A DNA stretch of 64,000 nucleotides, taken from NCBI GenBank assembly GCA_965216875.1, contig OZ244207.1:6304001-6368000 (forward strand). Direction: 5' to 3'. A program made the position numbers and the translations under genes. Under the pieces are notes generated by a model. That model was not told the origin of the DNA. It ran no database searches and saw only the letters and a list, made by a program, of their open reading frames with translations. Below, piece after piece: positions 59,537-64,000 of this stretch. Each line of letters begins with the position of its first letter. Positions within the stretch are counted from its first letter, which is position 1. The stretch is from Rubripirellula sp. GTDB lineage: Bacteria; Planctomycetota; Planctomycetia; Pirellulales; Pirellulaceae.

Positions 59537-59573
59537 GGCGTTCAACCTCGTTACCGCGCTTCGCGTCCTGTTT

Positions 59574-59698
59574 GTAGGTCATGCTCCACATGACAAGGGT
59601 GTAAGGCCCGACGCTAGCGCGTTCGGCTCACATCGTTCGTCGTCCCGCCTTCAGGCGGAAGAGATTGAAGATTCCGGCTAAAGCTCGGTACTACGAAC
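59574..59698. repeat. REP mosaic: E copy, C arm, A doublet
   Basis: GTAGgtcatgctccacatgac; aggcccgacgctagcgcgttcggctcac; gttcgtcgtcccgccttcaggcggaa..ttccggctaaagctcggtactacgaac; abuts the mutL stop. Confidence 0.88.
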
Positions 59699-61636
59699 CT
59701 ATGCGCGGCCTCGGGGGCCGAGGCGACCGAACATACGGTCGAGTTCGTCGCGGCTAAAGAAGAGCGCGGTGGGGCGACCGTGTGGGCAGTGATGCGTGTC
59801 GTGGTACAGGTCTTTTTGTTCCAAAAGACTCGTGATCTCTTCCGGCGAAAGTGGATCGCCCGCTTTCACCGCCGCCTTGCAGGCGATGGTTGATAGCAGG
59901 TGGTTGAGCAGGTCTTTGGCATCGGGCTTCTTGCCCGCCGACATGACCGACTCGAGAACGATTCGCAGCATGTCGCTCGGCTTGGTGTTCTTGAGCATCG
60001 CGGGATACGACTGAATCACCACCGTTTCCCCACCAAGATCGTCGATCTCGATTCCGATCTTGGCGAGCATCTCTTTGGCGTCAAGCGCCGCGGTTCGTTC
60101 GGCGGGCGTCAGCGAAACCGGTTCAGGCACAAGCAGCCGTTGCGATTCGAGCGACGCACCCTCGGAGAGCACTTTGGCACAAACGCGTTCATACAACACG
60201 CGTTCGTGCAAAGCATGTTGGTCGATGACGACCATGCCAGATTCGTCTTGAGTGACGAGGTAGCGGTTGTGGACCTGAAAGCCGAGGTAACAAACACTCG
60301 GGTTGTCATTCGTGTCGACCGGTACGTCCCAAGGGGCGACGTCAGCCGGTTGTGCAGTCGGCGTGGTCGTTCCAGCGGCTGCGTTCCCATCGGGATAGGG
60401 TTTGAAATCGGGTACCGCTGTTGAGGCAGGATCAATACGCGTGCTTGCGCCGAGATTGTCTTGCACGTCACTTCGCGTCGACTGGCCCGTGCGAGCCCAG
60501 TCGATGACCGCTTGTCGTTGTTCTTGCTCGACGCGTGCCGGCATCCCGAGGGCGCTGCTCGCTGGCGGTGTCATCGCTTCGGGCGAAACGGGTTGCGGTG
60601 TGACTGGTCCGACACGCTGGGTCATGTCGGTCGTTAGGAAGTGATGACGCAGCGTTTGAAGCAATCGACTGTAGATGCGCCCGCTGTCAGTGAATCGCAC
60701 TTCAAGTTTGGTTGGATGAACGTTGACGTCGATCAATTCCGCCGGCATGTCCATCCGCAGGAAACAGACGGGGTGACGTCCGACCATCAGTAGCCCGCGG
60801 TAAGCCTCGCCAAGTGCATGTTGCAGCGCGCGATCACGAATGTGTCGCCCGTTGAGAAACAGGTACTGCATCCGAGTGTTGCCCCGGCTGACGGAGGGAT
60901 CACACGCATAGCCGGTAATCTTGACCTGGGCGTCGTCGCTGTTGATCGGGATCAACGCTTCGCCAATCTCGTCACCAAAGAAGGTCGCGATACGATCGGC
61001 CCAACGTGTGGTTGGTGGCAGGTCGTAAAGCTGTTTGTCGTTGTTGGTCAGCACAAAGTGGACGTGGGGATTGGCCAATGCCAATCGCGTGAACGCCTCG
61101 ACAATGTGACCACGTTCGGTTTGAGCTGTTTTGAGGAAGCGATGTCGAACCGGCGTATTGAAAAAGAGATTGCGAATTTCCATCACCGTCCCGACGGGGC
61201 AACCGCAGGGTGCCGGCTTTTCAAACACGCCGCCGCGCACATTGATTTCGGAACCACAATCATCCAGTTCCGTTCGGCTGCGAATCGTCAGGTGCGAAAC
61301 GCTTCCGATTGATGCGAGTGCTTCGCCCCGAAACCCGAGCGTGCTGACGTGAAAAAGGGCCTCGTCGTCGGGCAACTTGCTGGTGGCGTGCGAGGCCACG
61401 GCGAGTGGCAGTTGCTCCGCCGTCATGCCGCAGCCATCGTCGGCGATCCGAATCAATTCGCTGCCGCCGCCGGTGATCGTGACTTCGATCCGCCGCGAAC
61501 CGGCGTCGATGCTGTTTTCGAGAAGTTCTTTGACGACCGACGCTGGCCGCTCAATCACTTCGCCGGCCGCGATTTGATTGATCAGGTTCGGTGGGAGCTG
61601 TCGGATCGTCGGTAAATTGCGCGTGGTCGTTGTCAT
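59699..61636 (-). CDS. mutL: DNA mismatch repair endonuclease MutL
   Basis: NQIAAGEVIERP, ENSIDAG, GFRGEAL, DVNVHP.K, DQHALHER, ACK, CPHGRP. Confidence 0.97.
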   Translation of the reverse strand: MTTTTRNLPTIRQLPPNLINQIAAGEVIERPASVVKELLENSIDAGSRRIEVTITGGGSELIRIADDGCGMTAEQLPLAVASHATSKLPDDEALFHVSTLGFRGEALASIGSVSHLTIRSRTELDDCGSEINVRGGVFEKPAPCGCPVGTVMEIRNLFFNTPVRHRFLKTAQTERGHIVEAFTRLALANPHVHFVLTNNDKQLYDLPPTTRWADRIATFFGDEIGEALIPINSDDAQVKITGYACDPSVSRGNTRMQYLFLNGRHIRDRALQHALGEAYRGLLMVGRHPVCFLRMDMPAELIDVNVHPTKLEVRFTDSGRIYSRLLQTLRHHFLTTDMTQRVGPVTPQPVSPEAMTPPASSALGMPARVEQEQRQAVIDWARTGQSTRSDVQDNLGASTRIDPASTAVPDFKPYPDGNAAAGTTTPTAQPADVAPWDVPVDTNDNPSVCYLGFQVHNRYLVTQDESGMVVIDQHALHERVLYERVCAKVLSEGASLESQRLLVPEPVSLTPAERTAALDAKEMLAKIGIEIDDLGGETVVIQSYPAMLKNTKPSDMLRIVLESVMSAGKKPDAKDLLNHLLSTIACKAAVKAGDPLSPEEITSLLEQKDLYHDTHHCPHGRPTALFFSRDELDRMFGRLGPRGRA

Positions 61637-61858
61637 ACGCTCGAATGTACCGCCGTGCCGAGCAATCACAACCCACGGTGGACCGAAGGCCGCAGCCAAG
61701 GTCGCCAAGGAAACAAAAAATTTGCCGGATCGGCGCAAACCACTCGGAAAGATGATGCTTAGCCGAGTGGAACCAAAACTCCTGCGGCAGCGGCCGCTGT
61801 TCCGCAGCCGTAGTTTGCGTGATACGGCCTACCTTTCTTCGTTTTCCGCTTCGAGCCG

Positions 61859-63331
61859 CTAGCGGATGACGAGCAGCGAACGAGTGCGACCGCGGCGGAC
61901 GACACATTGCAGCGGACGACCTTGGTTTTGCGCCGCTTCGAACAGCTCGGCCAACCGTTGCACCGAATCGAGCGGCACGCCGCCAGCCGATTCAATCACA
62001 TCGCCGGCTTGAAGGTCAGCTTCCTCGGCCGAACTGCCGTCTTTGACACTTTCAACAATCAAGCCGTGTTGGAGTCCTTGGTATCCATACTTGGCCGCCG
62101 ACTCAGGGGTCACTGGCACCATGTCGGCACCAAACAAACCGCCGCTTCCGAACATCGCCATGGCTTCGCTGGTCCGTTCTTGCAAACTGACCTTCACCTG
62201 CATCGTGCGTCCGCCGCGGTTGACTTCCATGTTGACGACGGTGCCGGGTGGTCGGCTAGCGACGTAGTTGCGAAGTTGTGTGCCACTGGTCACGTCGCGT
62301 CCATCAAGTCGCGTGACGACATCACCCGGTTCCAATCCTGCGCGGGCAGCGGGTTGGTTTTCAAGCACCTTGCCGATGAATGCACCACGATCGACTTGCA
62401 GGTTGTAATCACGAACGCTGTCGGGAGTGACCGTGTCGACCGAGGCACCTAAGAAACCGCGTCGCACTTCACCGTTTTGTAGGATCGATTGAAAGACAGG
62501 ACGCGCGAGGGATTCTGGAATTGCAAAGCCAATTCCTGCGCTGGCACCAGTACGCGACAGGATCGCGGTGTTGATGCCGACTAACTCACCACGGAGGTTG
62601 ACCAGTGGGCCGCCTGAGTTGCCGGGGTTGATTGCAGCGTCGGTTTGCAGGAAGTCTTCAAAACCTTTGCCGCCACCGACGATTCCCTGCACGCGGTGTT
62701 TGCCCGATATGATTCCCGCCGTCACCGTTTGGTCGAGTCCAAAAGGGCTGCCGATGGCAAGCACCCAATCGCCCACTTGGATGTCCTCGGAGCTACCAAA
62801 GCTGGCCGCGCGCAAGCCGTTCAAGTCGACTTTGACGACTGCCAAGTCGGTCGGCGGATCGAGCCCAACAACTTTGCCGGGGACGGTGCGACCGTCGGAG
62901 AGTTCGACCGTCAACTCGTCAGCGTTTTCGACCACATGGTTGTTGGTCAAAATGTATCCGTCACTACGAACAATGACTCCACTTCCCATGCCGGTGGTTT
63001 CACCGCGTTGTTGCGGCGCTTGCGGTGTAAAGAAGTCCTCGAATCCTGGTGGGAAGTTTCGTGGTCCGCGACGGCGCTGCATGACTTCCGTCTTCGTGCT
63101 GATCGCGACAACGCTCGGACGTAGCGCTTCGGCAACGCCCCGAAACGCCGACGAAAGGCCTTCGGCATGTTCGAGGTTTTGGCGATGGACCGGCTCTTCG
63201 CCGCCCGCACGATCTTGCGCAACGGCATCGGATTGCATTTGTTGGGGAAGGGACATGATGACGCCGGTGACGAGTGACCCGGTGAGCATCGCGCCCAAAA
63301 CGAAGCTGACGTTTTTCCAGATATGTTGCAT
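61859..63331 (-). CDS. degP: DegP/HtrA periplasmic serine protease with two PDZ domains
   Basis: GSGVI, TNNHV, DLAV, QTDAAINPGNSGGPL; two PDZ domains. Confidence 0.93.
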   Translation of the reverse strand: MQHIWKNVSFVLGAMLTGSLVTGVIMSLPQQMQSDAVAQDRAGGEEPVHRQNLEHAEGLSSAFRGVAEALRPSVVAISTKTEVMQRRRGPRNFPPGFEDFFTPQAPQQRGETTGMGSGVIVRSDGYILTNNHVVENADELTVELSDGRTVPGKVVGLDPPTDLAVVKVDLNGLRAASFGSSEDIQVGDWVLAIGSPFGLDQTVTAGIISGKHRVQGIVGGGKGFEDFLQTDAAINPGNSGGPLVNLRGELVGINTAILSRTGASAGIGFAIPESLARPVFQSILQNGEVRRGFLGASVDTVTPDSVRDYNLQVDRGAFIGKVLENQPAARAGLEPGDVVTRLDGRDVTSGTQLRNYVASRPPGTVVNMEVNRGGRTMQVKVSLQERTSEAMAMFGSGGLFGADMVPVTPESAAKYGYQGLQHGLIVESVKDGSSAEEADLQAGDVIESAGGVPLDSVQRLAELFEAAQNQGRPLQCVVRRGRTRSLLVIR

Positions 63332-63785
63332 TTCAGTTACTCCTCGCGAGCAAATGATTGTTGTTCTTGATCAAGCGTTGGATTCCGTCGTGAGCCGCAC
63401 GTGTAAAGGGACGCGTACGTTTGCTGGGGAACGCGCCTGGGTGGGACGTCTCAGGACCGCGAATCGGCTCGATGTGCGTCACCCGTTTTGGTGGAGGGTC
63501 AGCACTTGAGCCCAAGGGGCCGCGAAATCCAAAGCTTTTCCTATTTTTACAAACTCGACGCGCATTCTTACAAAGCCAATTCAGGCCCGAATTACCTCCG
63601 ATGCGACGAATCGCAGCAAATCACCCGCTTTCTGTCGATTCCACGATAGGCACGTGTCGAGAGATGTTTTCAGGGTGCAAACTGCAGGCCAAACGGAACA
63701 TTTGGCCATCTGCATCTGATACGTTGAGGGTTCACGGCCGCGAACCAACAGGGGCTGAACGAAAACGCATAACAGGAGGGAACGC

Positions 63786-64000
63786 GTGCGCGACATCTTG
63801 ACGGTCATTCTTGCAGGCGGACGAGGCACTCGGCTGGAGCCGTTGACCCGTGATCGGGCCAAGCCCGCTGTCCCGTTTGGCGGTTTGTACCGGATCATCG
63901 ATTTCGTGCTCAGCAATTGCCTCAACAGCGGCATGCGACAGCTCTTGTTGCTGACTCAATACAAAGCCCAGTCGCTCGACCGTCATATCAATCTCGCGTG
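63786..64000 (+). CDS. glgC: Glucose-1-phosphate adenylyltransferase, 5' part (runs off the window; absent from the ORF track)
   Basis: AGGAGG RBS, GTG 63786; translates [49 protein letters not shown]. Confidence 0.95.
   Translation, partial: MRDILTVILAGGRGTRLEPLTRDRAKPAVPFGGLYRIIDFVLSNCLNSGMRQLLLLTQYKAQSLDRHINLA

Noticed and set aside
62568..63509. 313-aa plus-strand ORF and similar long antisense ORFs (20099-21019, 48785-49660, 15112-15939, 21368-22174)
   Set aside because: These are shadow frames of well-supported genes, expected in GC-rich DNA.

Overview
A 64-kb core-genome window from a GC-rich bacterium, very probably a planctomycete of the Pirellulaceae (inferred from a DUF1559 prepilin-like gene, a DUF1800/DUF1501 pair, a sulfatase and many Tat-exported enzymes). 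It holds about 50 genes. Housekeeping genes include msrA, astA, ggt, nhaA, aspC, purB, mutL, degP/htrA and the 5' end of glgC. I found no rRNA, tRNA, CRISPR array, prophage or transposase. The most notable non-coding signal is a dense set of at least five GTAG-anchored REP-like palindrome families assembled into nested intergenic mosaics. These include a 226-bp tandem cassette, a 41-bp unit resembling the enterobacterial REP, and two cases where the REP GTAG supplies a gene's stop codon. The best candidate gene systems are (i) a c-di-GMP cyclase divergent from a pseudo-receiver/MshEN-PilB/PilC/pilin mini-operon and (ii) a coupled operon of a GT-C-like membrane protein, a membrane MutS-like ATPase, a DD-carboxypeptidase and an NhaC-family transporter. 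Also flagged are a structured leader before the DUF1559 gene, a nucleotidase that lacks a usable ATG, and an NhaA with a large His/Asp-rich loop. All calls come from motif recognition by eye; novelty cannot be established without database searches.
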